The notes under the pieces are model-generated. The model was not told the DNA's origin. It did no database searches and worked only from the letters and a program-made list of their open reading frames with translations. From Zootoca vivipara (Eukaryota), in the NCBI RefSeq assembly GCF_963506605.1, contig NC_083280.1, positions 70,680,001 through 70,744,000 on the forward strand: 64,000 nucleotides of DNA. Reading direction: 5' to 3'. A program made the position numbers and the translations under genes. Positions 1 through 11,879 of this stretch are shown here, piece by piece. How positions within the stretch are numbered: position 1 is the stretch's first letter; each line of letters starts with the position of its first letter.

Positions 1-9
1 TAAGCCATT

Positions 10-10
<1 letters not shown>

Positions 11-58
<48 letters not shown>
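11..58. repeat. (TAA)n microsatellite
   Basis: Perfect trinucleotide run. Confidence 0.97.
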
Positions 59-59
<1 letters not shown>

Positions 60-911
60 TTAAAACGACAAATTATGGAAAGGTCTTGCAGGCTCACAGA
101 AGCCTCTTAGGAGACAGATATCACTCTTGGGTTGGTTAACCACCCTGTTCTATTCCAAAACCATTATGAAGTTAGTTTCCCTTTGTGAGTCTGAGCATAG
201 AATTACTAAAAGTGAACGTGGCAGTCACTATTTACATCATGTATATATTGAATTGGACTAAGGTCTTTCAGACCTAAAAAGTTGGGTTCCCACAGAGGCT
301 TACAAAATCTTTTTTCATAAGCCCAACACAGAGGCTGATGTTCCTTGCAATGCCTGAAAACCTATACAGATTTGGTGGTGTTTTTTTTTTTTGACCAGAA
401 GTCTCTCATATCTATTGTGACAGGAAAAGCCTTATCACTTTGAAGTCAATGGGAGGGTTAGCATTGACTTCAATTGAATGAGGCTTTATTCAAGGAAAGT
501 GCTACAAGAGCAAAACCAGAACATTTCCCCCCTAAATTAGTGCACTTGTAAGGCAGTATGCAGCACTGCTCATTTCCACCCCTCCATTACATGCCATTTC
601 ATAGGATTTTCTTTTTTGCTCTGAATTTTTGCTTATAACCTAAAAAATGTTCCATAAAGTGAAAAGAAGAGTGGACTTTTGTGTGTTAGGAAGGTGGCTT
701 CCTTCTGTAATAAAGGAGTGTTTCTCAAACAGTGGGCAGGGAACCATCCAGGGCTTCCTTGCTTCCTCCACTTGCTAGCACCAGCAACTCCCAACATGCT
801 AAATAAAATGAGCTGGAAGATAACAGATATTTGGGTTTAGGGGGGGAATGAGGTCCCCCTTTTCTAAAGGGAAAGGGCCAGAGAAACTTTTGAATGACAG
901 GTAAAACATTA

Positions 912-928
912 CAACAACAACAACAACA

Positions 929-959
<31 letters not shown>

Positions 960-968
960 CAACAACAA
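912..968. repeat. Compound (CAA)n(CAG)n(CAA)n microsatellite
   Basis: Directly visible; it generates the spurious polyQ and polyC ORFs. Confidence 0.95.
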
Positions 969-1170
969 CCTCGGACTAGAATAGCGGGAAATGGGAAAAG
1001 AAAGCTGTTACAGGAGGAAGACGTGAATGTAAAAGGAGCAGGGAGGAGAGAAGCAGACAGTCGGAGGGGAACAGAAGACAAGTGTGAAAGGAGGAGAGAG
1101 GAAATGGCAGGAGATGAGCAAAAATACTTTGAGCAGCATGCACAGGGGAGGGGGAATAAATTTTTTTAAA

Positions 1171-1222
1171 AGCCTGCTTTAGAGCCTGCTTTAGAGCCTG
1201 CTTTAGAGCCTGCTTTAGAGCC
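1171..1222. repeat. 12-bp tandem repeat (AGCCTGCTTTAG)x4.3
   Basis: Four perfect units plus a partial unit. Confidence 0.95.
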
Positions 1223-1480
1223 CTTGGTGCAGCAAATCCTGGTGAGAATGGGGAGGCTGAGTCAGAACTCCATTTCCTTGCCACATGGAAATTGCTGTGG
1301 CAAAGAATTCCCAAAGAGGGGTCAAATTACAGTATAAAATTGCGTAAGTAATTGCCATCTGGTTATGGTAAACTCTGGCTCCGTATGCTGCCATTTTGTT
1401 ATTAGCGTCATCTCCTGTGCGGCCGTTTTGTGATTGGAGGGCCTCAGTCATTGTTGGTTCTCTCAAGTGGGCTCTAGGGG

Positions 1481-1484
<4 letters not shown>

Positions 1485-1540
<56 letters not shown>
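1485..1540. repeat. (GA)n microsatellite
   Basis: Directly visible. Confidence 0.97.
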
Positions 1541-1545
<5 letters not shown>

Positions 1546-1567
1546 TCACTGTATTAAGAGTGTAGAC

Positions 1568-1703
1568 CAGGTATCCCCAAACTTCGGCCCTCCAGATGTT
1601 TTGGACTACAATTCCCATCTTCCCCGACCACTGGTCCTGTTAGCTAGGGATCATGGGAGTTGTAGGCCAAAATATCTGGAGGGCCGCAGTTTGGGGATGC
1701 CTG
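1568..1703 (+). mobile_element. 136-bp hAT (Charlie/Buster-type) MITE, copy 1
   Basis: Near-palindromic CAGGTATCCCCAAACT...AGTTTGGGGATGCCTG with a perfect 8-bp TSD GTGTAGAC (1560-1567 / 1704-1711). Confidence 0.93.
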
Positions 1704-4047
1704 GTGTAGACAATAGGGCAGATGCACAACTCTGTGTAGCCAGAGTGGCAGGGTGCACATGCAATCTAAAAGGTGGTGCTGGGAACTTTGTGGGAGTCTC
1801 CACACTCCCCAAGAAAAATAACACCACCTGTGGAGTTATAGGATCATTGTGCCAAACGTGAAGTTGCCCTACATTGAGTCCACCTGGTCCATTGTTTCAT
1901 CTGGCCCAAAGCTACTATCTATTTCAATTGGCAGCATATCTGACAGGCGTTTTGCAACACAGAAATGTATGATATCCATTTGAAGTGGAGGTGCCAAGCT
2001 TATTCTGCATTCTTAAATGCACAGTTCTGCCACACAAATAACACCTTAAAGATACTGAGCAACTATTCCAAGTCTGTAATAGCTTTTGGCACCATGGCTG
2101 CAGAATAGTAGTCATACTTCTGTAATATCATATTTATCCTCTATATGAAGTGCCAGTGAACTATATTTATTAAGGGACCGTTTTTAATCACTATGGGCGG
2201 TGGGGGTAGGAGGTGAGATTCTTCTCTGGGAACAAATCTCATTTCCAAGAGTCCTTACAAAATGAGCCATAAAATTACAATATTTCAAAGTACTTCGTAA
2301 TTCCAGTGCAGGCGGCTCTTCATCATGGAATATGAAGGCTCGGAAAATACAGAACTCATTAGATTAAAATAAACCACCTACTGCGAGGAAGAAAAGCTTA
2401 TTTATCAATATCAATTTTGTTTCTGATTACCCTGCATGGCAATTTGTTACTACCAAGAATTATGATTTGGGTATCATTCAGTCCCAAATGAAAGTGTGTT
2501 TCCTGACTCTTAGTTTTAATTTCTTTTGAAATTTACTTAGTTTTAAGGCCGGTAGAAAATGATGGTTGGTAACTAAGTAACATGTCAACAAAAGACACAA
2601 AATGTTACAAAGCATGGAGTAAACTTAAATTAGCCATTCCTTGGCTTTTGGAATTACTGCTGATTTCCATTGTGGCTAATATAATCTTAGGTGGTAATAA
2701 AAGATTTAAGGCTAGTAACCTACGATCACCTTGATCGTTCTCATGCAAGGAATATAATAATACAGTCAGTGGGTCAATCCTCAGACTGACACAGACTCGG
2801 GAAGATGTGCTGACCCAAGACTGTATTAAAAAACAACAACCCAGGGGTGTTCTGTATGGCAATGTTTCTATTGAAGAGACAGAATTTTCCCGAGAGGAGA
2901 GCTGACATCTGGTAGCAGAGACCTGAAAGCAGAGAACAGAGGCTTAGATGTAATTGGACACACTGGTAAACTGATCTCTGCAGAAGAAAGTTTGTCACAC
3001 TGATACCTGATCCTGGCCTTGCTACACTATTCAACCGAGAAGTAAAACAATCTCTAACAGAATGCTCTCTGGCAATTAGTAGGCATGGGTTCAGACTAGC
3101 GGTGCATCAGATCTGTTCCTCTTTTAGGGTGAACTTGCACCACTATGTCCCCCCACCCCAATAATAACATGGGCAGGAAATTAAGTGCTCCCTTAATTTT
3201 ATATCCTGCATATGGTAAACTCAATGCTCAACAGTGGAGAGGTCGGGGGAAGTCCATACATAGGAAGGACCTTGTACGGCTGTCCACATATCATTTCCAT
3301 GCAGTCTTTAATAAATAGGTTAATCTGCCATAGCTTTACTTTATCACTCAGTCTGAGCCCATTTTAACTGGCAAGGGTCTATTTTAACTGGAGGGGCAGC
3401 AAATTTAAAGGCACACTCATTTGTTAAGGCTCCTTTGATTCTAGTGTGTCCCTGTAATAAGGGATGGGGTTGGGGATTACAAAAGCTGGCCCTTCATTGG
3501 TGACTGGTTGAATTACTTAAATTTCACATGCCAGGTTTATTTGGCTTCTACTGGACTTCTTGGTAGTAACAGCACACCTTGTACAGGGATCAAAATTCTC
3601 ATATATATATATATTTCATGTTATCTGGATTATCCAGCATGAACTAAAAGTCTTGTACCCATCTCAAAAATGGGTGGTTCAGTAATAATAGCATTTAAAA
3701 CAAGAGAGGCAGCTTAATTACTACAAGCCTTTTAAACTTCTGTGGTCATACCCTCTGTAAACACTGTCCTGGATGGCTGTCATTGCAAAACCTGAAGCTA
3801 GAATCATCCCATAATAGCTTCCTAACCATATTTTGTGCTTTCTCACTCATATTGTAAAATAATAATTTGACAATGTTGCACAAGAAGATTATTTCCTTTT
3901 GATGTCAGAAAGAAGACAGATTAGCCTGAATTAATACTTCATCATGGCAAGCAGGCCTTTGAATTGGTAATTGGCATCGTCTGGTAGAGGATGTAGTAGT
4001 AACATGAGCAGTATACAATTTTTATGTCAAAATGTTGCAATTGTAAA

Positions 4048-4745
4048 TCTATATATATATATATATAAATGTAAACTGGACATGTGGGTGTGTCTCCACT
4101 TTTCTCCGAAACCGCTTGACTGATTGCGTTCAAATTTTGACACAACGTCCCAAGAGAATATGAGAGTGACCCCATACTGTTTGCGTAGAAAGATGTCACA
4201 CCTGGGCCACGTAAAAGCCCCAAAACCATGTGTTCCAGAACTCACAACTCAGACGAAAGTGCATACTGGGAGTACAGGAGAGGTTGCAAAACAGTGCCCT
4301 CTAGTGACGGCTACACTGGTACTGCACCTAGGAAAGCTTCCCTCTCCACAGCATCTTGGCTCGGCTTTCCAGACTGGGCCGAGTGGAGGTGGGGGTTCGC
4401 CTGGGTGGGGGATGGGGGGAGGAGGGGCGGGATAGGTCATGGGCCGGGACACGGTATGCCCAGCCACAGGGATAAGCCGGGGGGGAGGAGGGGGTGGCAT
4501 ACCTCAGGGGGTTGGGACAGGGTGGGGACAACCATAGGGATGAGCCAGGGGTGGGGGGAGGAGGGGATGGGATAGCTCATGGGTCGGGACAGGGTGGGGG
4601 GAGTCACAGGGATGTCCCTGTGTAAACAGAACACGCGTAAAACATTTCAACAAAATTAAGGGGGACTCTGAGGGGAGTCTGATGGGGGACTCTGAGGGTC
4701 CATTTAACAGACTGAGCCACAGCAACACGTGGCCGGGCCAGCTAG
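4048..4745 (+). mobile_element. Non-autonomous Helitron (698 bp)
   Basis: A|TC(TA)n 5' end; subterminal hairpin GCCAC-agcaacac-GTGGC (4716-4733); CTAG|T 3' end; inserted between A and T with no TSD. Confidence 0.85.
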
Positions 4746-7700
4746 TGACAAATATATATATGGATTGGAAACCTATCTTATGGTGGCAAGTGTGTCTCAA
4801 GACTGAGCAGGGACTATGATACCTTGGAATTCAATATATTATTCTGGAATCCAGTAAATATCTCAGATTCAGACTAAAGATACCACTTATGGAGTGGGGT
4901 CTGTGAAGCTGCTTGAGTTCACATAAATGACTTGCATTTGCTTAACCTGAATTTCTGATTTTTCTTGTTTCTTTGGAGAGGCTGACCTCACCACCCTGTG
5001 TGCCATATCCTAACCTACTTTTGACAACCCCCTCCATTTCAAAAGCATTTGGGCATGTGCCGTTGCTGTGGTGTGCTTTCTTGGGGGTGGGGGAGGAAGT
5101 CTTAAAGCTATTGTGGCGTCATGTACCTAATTTCAGGTTTCTTAGGACTTGTTGCCATAGTTTTGGGAAATCACAGTAATAACAAATGCCGTCCAACAAT
5201 CCCCATTCCTAACACCATGCCATTAAAAAGAAAAAGGAAAAGGAAAGATGCTTTCTAGATTGAAGCATCACCTGGGTGGAAACCTGAAACATTGATGAGT
5301 GCAGAATTCACAAGCAACTCTAAAGAACTGCTTGCATAATGTAAGTAATTTGTTTAGAATAGACAACACAGGACTAAAAGGGATGCTGCTGGTTCTGTCT
5401 TTGTAAATAATGTAAATTGCTTTTCTGCTTTTACTGCTTTTAAAGGATGCTCCAAGGGGCGAGGGTGGAGAGTAGAATTTTCTTTCTCTCCAAATCCAGC
5501 AAGCTGTCACTGAGGACTGGGCTTTCAGCATCTTCCTGTGCTGGAGTCACAGTTGGCTTTTTGGGGAGCACCGAATGCACCTCCTTGGTGAAGAGTTCTA
5601 TCATCCAAATGGTTTCTTGCACCCAAATTTGAGTCTGCCTTTTGTACTCTGACCGTGTCAGGACTCTCAACAGCAGCCTGTGGTCAGAAACACAATGGCA
5701 TTGGTCCGAGGATAGTAGGTGTCCCTGGAGTCAAAGCACAATAAAGCCTAAGCAAGCATGGTCCAAGAATCAGGGCAGGATGATGAGTCAGTGAAATGCA
5801 TGGCATAATATGTAAGATTATTAAGAGCTTGGGAGTAGAAAGTCTTGTGTTGTTCCAGCATCTACGAGACCTAAACTGAGGGCTTATTTTGCCTGGTGCC
5901 CCAGATTCTGTCAAGGACCAGTGTTCCGACAACTAATTACTCCTGATCCCCAGAAGCCCATTTACTCATGAGCAGCTCTATTACGCTAGAAATGGGGTGA
6001 ATAATCATTTGTTGGGTAACCACTTGAGCCTGGGATTTCTGGTCCGTAAGATAAAAATGCCGACCTAAACCACAGGAGTTCAGCACAGAATTCCATGCTA
6101 TCTGAAAATATCATGGAAATGACAGAGACACCTATTTACTAATGCCCTACTTTTACAATTGTGGGTGGGTGCGCAAAATAACAAAATAACACGATGGTCT
6201 TGGTTCTGTACGCAAAATTAACAAACTCCATTCCCTAAAACAAAATGGTGATGGCTGATGCCAATATTGTTGTAGCAATTGGTTATGGAGAACTGGGGAG
6301 GGGGAGAATAGATCATTGAATGTGGGATGGTGGTGGGAATTATGTGAAGTTTGTGAAGCACAAGTAGCTGTTCGTCATGCCTTCCCATCCATTCAGTAAT
6401 ATGGATGTATAAATGGAGAGTGCAGATTCATGACAAAACTACGTCAAGGCCACACCAGGAAGAGGGACTCAACCGTTCAATAAAACCATATGGTTTCAAT
6501 AAAACTATATTATGTAAGTGAATAAGTGTATGTGTATAATAGGCACAACGTCTACCCAATGGATCTTGCATTATAATTTTAGCCTATATTTTTTTTTTCA
6601 AAAAACCGAAACTCCAAAACCTGGTACTTCCTTGTGATTTGGAGTCTTGCTTTTCTTTCTTTATTGGAAGTGAGATGCTTTTGACTGATTTTTATTGTTG
6701 GGGAAACAACATAGACCCACGGCAACTTGATGCTTCTAAACATTGTGCTGCCATAATTCATTCTGTCTCCTGTACCACCAGCAGTGTAAGGAAATGTGTG
6801 CTCAAATAATCTATGCCTGTGATTTTCCTGGAGCCATAGTGGGACGCTCGCGTTGGTTTGCATGCTAATGTTCTTCCCGGCACATCACAGCTGTGCTCAG
6901 GTTGTGAAACAGCTAGCACCAATGATGTACCCTCTACCGAGTGCAGTGCAATAGGATTCCTTTTGCACAAGCCCCATCGAAACGAATGGGGTTTTCTTCT
7001 TGTTTATTCAATGCTCATTGAATTTAGTAAGGCTTGTGCTTTTGCTATCTGGCCTCGCACACACCTTGAATTGAATGAATAGACAAGGGCAGGGAAGATC
7101 CCTGGGAGACACCCACCAATTTATCCACTTCTATTGAGAACAAGCAAAGCTACTTGAGTAATCCTGCAAGGTTGCATTGCCTACACCTCATAATCTGTGT
7201 ATTCAAGACCTCGGAACAATTTAACAGGATTAATAAAGTGTGATTGCTCCTATCAGTCTCTAGGTGGAGATCACTGACACAGTCTGGAAGCACAATTTCA
7301 GTGCTGTCTGTGCCTAGGCTGGAAGCCAGGCTAGCTGTACTCTTCTGCAAATGCAATTTTAATTATAATATTCATTATTCACAGCTGCATCAGTTCAGAC
7401 TTTTCAATATTTGCTACCAAAGCAGCCAACGTTCTATGCCTTGCACATTTTGCTATCATCCACAGTCCATCATGAAACTCCAGTGTATAACAAAGTGGCC
7501 CTCAGTCAAACCATTTCTACCCTGTGTTCTAATGGATTCTTTAGAACTGCCCTGTGGGTTGGTGCTGGTTTGTAGACTGAGATCTTAATCTTTTCTCTCC
7601 CCCCCCTCCCCTAAATTCGGTTGTTGGGTGAGAAGCTTTTATTCCCCTTTCAGCAGCAAACATAGCACTTGCTGACACAGCAGTGTGTGTGTTTTAAGAG

Positions 7701-7990
7701 TAATGGATGCAGTGCCTCCTATGCAGCAACATGGGGCAGGTAAGGAAGCAGGATTGTATCAAAAAGAGCAATACTCTGCTGCAGAGCTGGGTTCATTGTG
7801 TGTGTGTGTGTGTGTGTGTGTGTAACTAATGTGCATTTTGTGCTCAACTTTTGAGTCCAATTTTTTTCCTGCCTCAATACATTCTGAGGTGTGATCCTAA
7901 GTTTCACTTGATGGCATGAGTGCACTTTGATTTAATTAAATAAAGGAGGACTGAAATGATCATGATCTCTGTTCTCCTATTTTAGGAACC

Positions 7991-8057
7991 ATGGAGTGTC
8001 ACTTTTCTGCCAGGATCATTTTCCTTGCCCTTCTGTTCTCGGAGTGGGTCTGCTTGG
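7991..8057 (+). CDS. CDH23: Cadherin-23 first coding exon (signal peptide MECHFSARIIFLALLFSEWVCL-G); exon 7986-8057 includes 5 nt of 5'UTR
   Basis: Polypyrimidine tract and AG (tctcctattttag) end at 7985, then GAACC-ATG-G (good Kozak), 22 codons + 1 nt, and a GTAAGT donor at 8058. The core is hydrophobic. The 5+67 nt geometry matches mammalian CDH23 exon 2 as I recall it. It splices in frame (G+GC=Gly) to 22837. Confidence 0.9.
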
Positions 8058-8319
8058 GTAAGTCTTTCGGTCATTGCTAATCTATTATTTCTTCTCCCCT
8101 TTCTTTTTTGCTTACTTGAGTACCAGTGGGTTCCTAGGGAAGGGTTGATGTAATCCCTGGCTAACTTCATCACTAGCCCAAATCTGAGGCCTTTTTTCTG
8201 CTTGTCATACCCAGGACATGTTTTACCACCGATGGTTATTATATCTTAAAATCTTTAATAGGTTGTCTCACTTTCAATTCTCCTTTCCATAATGCTAGAA
8301 TTCACTCAGTCTGTTCAGC

Positions 8320-8459
8320 AGTAGCAAAATTGGTAGAGCATGAGACTCTTTATCTCAGGGTCATGGGTTCAAGCCCCATGTTGGGCAAAAGATTCCTGCA
8401 TTGCAGGGGGTTGGACTAGATGACCCTTGGGGTCCCTTTCAACTCTAGAATTCTGTGAT
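8320..8459 (+). mobile_element. tRNA-Lys(CTT)-derived SINE with CR1-type 3' tail
   Basis: Head ggtagagcatgagactctt.atctcagggtc.tgggttc.agcccca.gttgggc matches tRNA-Lys-CTT. The tail gattcctgcattgcagggggttgga... matches the CR1 end starting at 21296. Confidence 0.88.
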
Positions 8460-8614
8460 CATGCATGGTGCCTGGCTGATGATCTAGGATAAACATTTTG
8501 CCACATTCAGGCAGCTGAGTGATTAATATGGTTAATGTGTGAGAAAAGGCTCTGTATGAATTTGTCCTTCTGTGGAACTACTGGAATTTTGAATTACACA
8601 GAGAGAGAGGGCGG

Positions 8615-8783
8615 NNNNNNNNNNNNNNNNNNNNNNNNNNNNNNNNNNNNNNNNNNNNNNNNNNNNNNNNNNNNNNNNNNNNNNNNNNNNNNNNNNNNNN
8701 NNNNNNNNNNNNNNNNNNNNNNNNNNNNNNNNNNNNNNNNNNNNNNNNNNNNNNNNNNNNNNNNNNNNNNNNNNNNNNNNNNN
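8615..8783. other. Assembly gap (N run)
   Basis: Run of N. Confidence 1.
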
Positions 8784-9323
8784 CATTGCAGAGATAACAG
8801 TCTTTTTGAAGCTTTCAAAGTTCAGTTGTACAGAATAAGTTTTTATTGAGGTTCAGCAAGTTTACAAGCGTCCACACCTCCTGACAAAACAAGTCGAGCT
8901 AAATAACCACCCTGAGCTAAATAAGCATCTTATTCTAGGAAGCACCTGAGACTGCCTCCTTTTGTTCTACTGATCTTAGTGCTTTTCCCTCCCTCCTATG
9001 AGAAGCCTCATGCCTCTTCCAACAAGCCACACCTGCCAAAATGCCCTTAGAGCAATGTGATGCAGCAGGCTGTTGCTTTTGAGGCATTCCAGGAAGTGCA
9101 ATGGCATAAAGAGGGGAGCCTTGTGCTGCTGTAAGCAGCCTGCATCTTTAAAAGAATAAAATAAAATAGAAAAAGCAGGGGAGGGGGAGAGAAAGCTTTG
9201 GCACCTTGTGAGGTAAGTAAAGTTGGTAACAACTGCTCCTGAATATTTTATGGATATTTTCCCCTGTCATGATTTTTTGGAAGGTTTTCATTTTGTTCAT
9301 ACCAACATATTAGGATTAAAATA

Positions 9324-9575
9324 CAGTCAAACCTCGGTTTGTGACCACCTCCGTTTGTGACCCCTTCGGTTTCCGACCACCGCGGACCTGGAAGTGTTTA
9401 CATCCGGGTTCCGCGGCGCTTGGATGCGCGGAAGCAATCTGTGCAGCGCACGCATGCGCAGAAGCGCTCTATCGGTGCTTCACGCATGCGTAGGTGCGTG
9501 CCTTCGGCGAGCGACCAATTTGAGGAGCGACCGGCTCCGCAGAACGGATTGCGGTTGCAAACCGAGGTACCATTG
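9324..9575. mobile_element. Tc1/mariner superfamily (Tigger/pogo-like) MITE
   Basis: TA|CAGTCAAACCTCGGTTTG...CAAACCGAGGTACCATTG|TA; CpG-rich interior. Confidence 0.85.
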
Positions 9576-10512
9576 TAACAGCAACAGCAACAATGGCACA
9601 ACTCTGGTGTGTGCCCTTCAGTTAATCACCCTGCCTCGCCCATGTGGGAGGATTCTGTAATTAAGCACAAACCTTAAACTAAGGGAAGGAATTCAAAGTT
9701 TGATTCTCGGGACATGATTTAGCTGCTATTTGTGTTAGTTACTTCAATACAATTGTGTTAATGGTCAGAAGTTGTTGTATCTAGTGACAACTACAAGATT
9801 CCTGGTTTTCCCAACTGCAATGGGAGCAATGTGATAATTGTCACAGGATGGCAATTGTTATTGACTTCAGATTCCTAACTTCAAATGTAGGAACTGGGAA
9901 AACGCTTGGATTCGAAGGTGGCTCAGTATAAGGTGTAAGTAAATTCGGAACAACCCTGCCACCCAATTAGCAGTTGTCAACAATGAAATAAGGGCTAGTT
10001 GGTATTGCCACTGCTAGAGAAGTAGAGCCCCAATAAAAGAGCTTTCCACATAGTGAAAGTGTCTTGCGAAATCATCCATTTGTGTGAAGATTTATATTTA
10101 TTTATCATATTCTGGGAAACATGCATTTTCCATTATACAATAAAATCTATTCTTTTTTTTTGCACATAAAGTGCCTTATGGTGGCATATCCAAATGAAAA
10201 ACGAACAGTGTGAATCAAAAATGTTCTGCTTTGGTCATTTACCATTTCTTGTCTAATGGTAAGTGAGCTGGCAGTGGCTAGCCAGGAAAGAGATCTTGGG
10301 AAGATGGTGGATAGCCCAATGAAAATGTCAATCCAGTGCATGGTAGCTTTTGAAAATGGCATATTCCATGCCAGGGGTACTTAGGAAAGAGATTGGAAAT
10401 AAAGCTGCCAGAATTGTAATGACTTTATGGAAATGTACAATTCAGCCACATCTGGCATACTGTCTATGGTTCAGGTCTATGGTTCACCCTGTCTCAAAAT
10501 GGATATTGTAGT

Positions 10513-10729
10513 TAGGGTTGCCAGACTCAATAGAGGACAGGACTTCTGTGCCTTTACTTGCCCTGCTCTCTTTTGAGTCTGGAAATATTAAAAGAGAAAC
10601 CAGCAGACCCTTTGCTTGGAAATTAAACAAAGGGTCTGCTGGTTTCTCTTTAAGGTTTTCCAGATTCAAAAGAGAGCAGGGCAATGAAAGGCACAGAAGT
10701 CCTGTCCACTATTGAGTCTGGCAACCCTA
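10513..10729. mobile_element. 217-bp foldback hAT MITE (Blackjack-like TAGGGTTGCCA termini)
   Basis: Inverted repeat over nearly its whole length. Flanks ATTGTAGT / GTTGTAGA give a 6/8 TSD match. Confidence 0.85.
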
Positions 10730-11269
10730 GTTGTAGAGCTAGAAAAGGCTTCACATAACCCTGTCCAAGCCATTTGGTCAGGAACAATCCCTGGGGTCTT
10801 CTTTCCATTTGGGATCAGGCTGGTGTGGGATGGTTGTGAATGGTGGTTTGGGGTGGGGTGCTTACCTGACCTCCTGGCTGCCACTCATGAGCCTTGTGGA
10901 TACATATGGAGGGAGAGGTCTGGTGGGGGAGGAGTGGGAAGAGATGGGGAATCTGGTGGAATCTGACCCTGGGAGGGCCCAGCAGAATGAGAAGTGTTCA
11001 TTGAGACCTGCTGGAGGTCTCTGCTGTTCCCACTCTGTTTCCTGGTAAGCAGCAGTGACTTCACTATCAGGAGGGCAGGTAAGCACTGCCACCCCATCCC
11101 ACCCTCTGCTACTTGGTGTGGAGACTGGGAGAGAGGACCTTCTTGGTTGCCACCTCTCACGATTGGAATTCACTCCCCAGAGAAGCTCACCTGGCACCAA
11201 CTTTGAGGTCCTTTTAGTGTCCGGCAAATATTTATTTGTCGCTGTCCGTGGTACTGTGTCTTTAGCTTT

Positions 11270-11323
<54 letters not shown>

Positions 11324-11789
11324 CTGCTTCTTCACTGCTTTTATATAGCGATGATGACCTGGAAGTCTTGCTGCACTGGAGGGGCTGACTATAAGTAGAC
11401 AATAAGGTGCATGAATTTTGTCTGTCAGCAACTATTTGCCACAGTGGTCAGATGCAACCAGTATGTTACTGAAAACCAGTTGCTGCGGAGCAATAAATAG
11501 GAGAGTGCTGTTGCTTGCATGCCCTTCTTGCACACTTTCTCAGGGCATCTGGTTGGCTGCTCTGAGAAATGAGTTACTGAAATAGATGGGCCATTGCTAT
11601 GATTCAGCAGGGCTTCTATTGGGATGTTCTTGCCATTCTGAATGCTCTTCTGCAACTCAGAATGAGTAACTTGGTTGGGTACACATCATGTCAAGACTCC
11701 CATGATAGCACTCTTGCTATATCCAGATAGGGTGCTTATTTTCTGGAAACCATGTGATACTGGAAATGCAGGGCTACAGACCACTAGTG

Positions 11790-11794
<5 letters not shown>

Positions 11795-11875
<81 letters not shown>
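11795..11875. repeat. Compound (TC)n(TG)n microsatellite
   Basis: Directly visible. Other dinucleotide runs lie near 7798, 11272, 14789, 24597, 25766, 35946, 44434 and 59633. Confidence 0.95.

Positions 11876-11879
<4 letters not shown>

Noticed and set aside
725-1314. PolyQ, polyC and ALKQ-repeat ORFs
   Set aside because: They are translations of a CAA/CAG microsatellite and a 12-bp tandem repeat; I saw no homology or convincing exon structure.
5440-5670. Overlapping short ORFs and a plausible acceptor near 5445
   Set aside because: No recognisable protein and no convincing donor; an alternative 5'UTR exon cannot be supported without RNA data.
8320-8387. Possible tRNA-Lys(CTT) gene
   Set aside because: The acceptor stem and D arm are degraded and the sequence is fused to a CR1 tail, so it is a SINE head. 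The same applies at 23652.
8605-8783. Two gaps (8615 and 49325) both start right after GCGG
   Set aside because: Most likely a sequencing or assembly effect at repeat tails, not biology.
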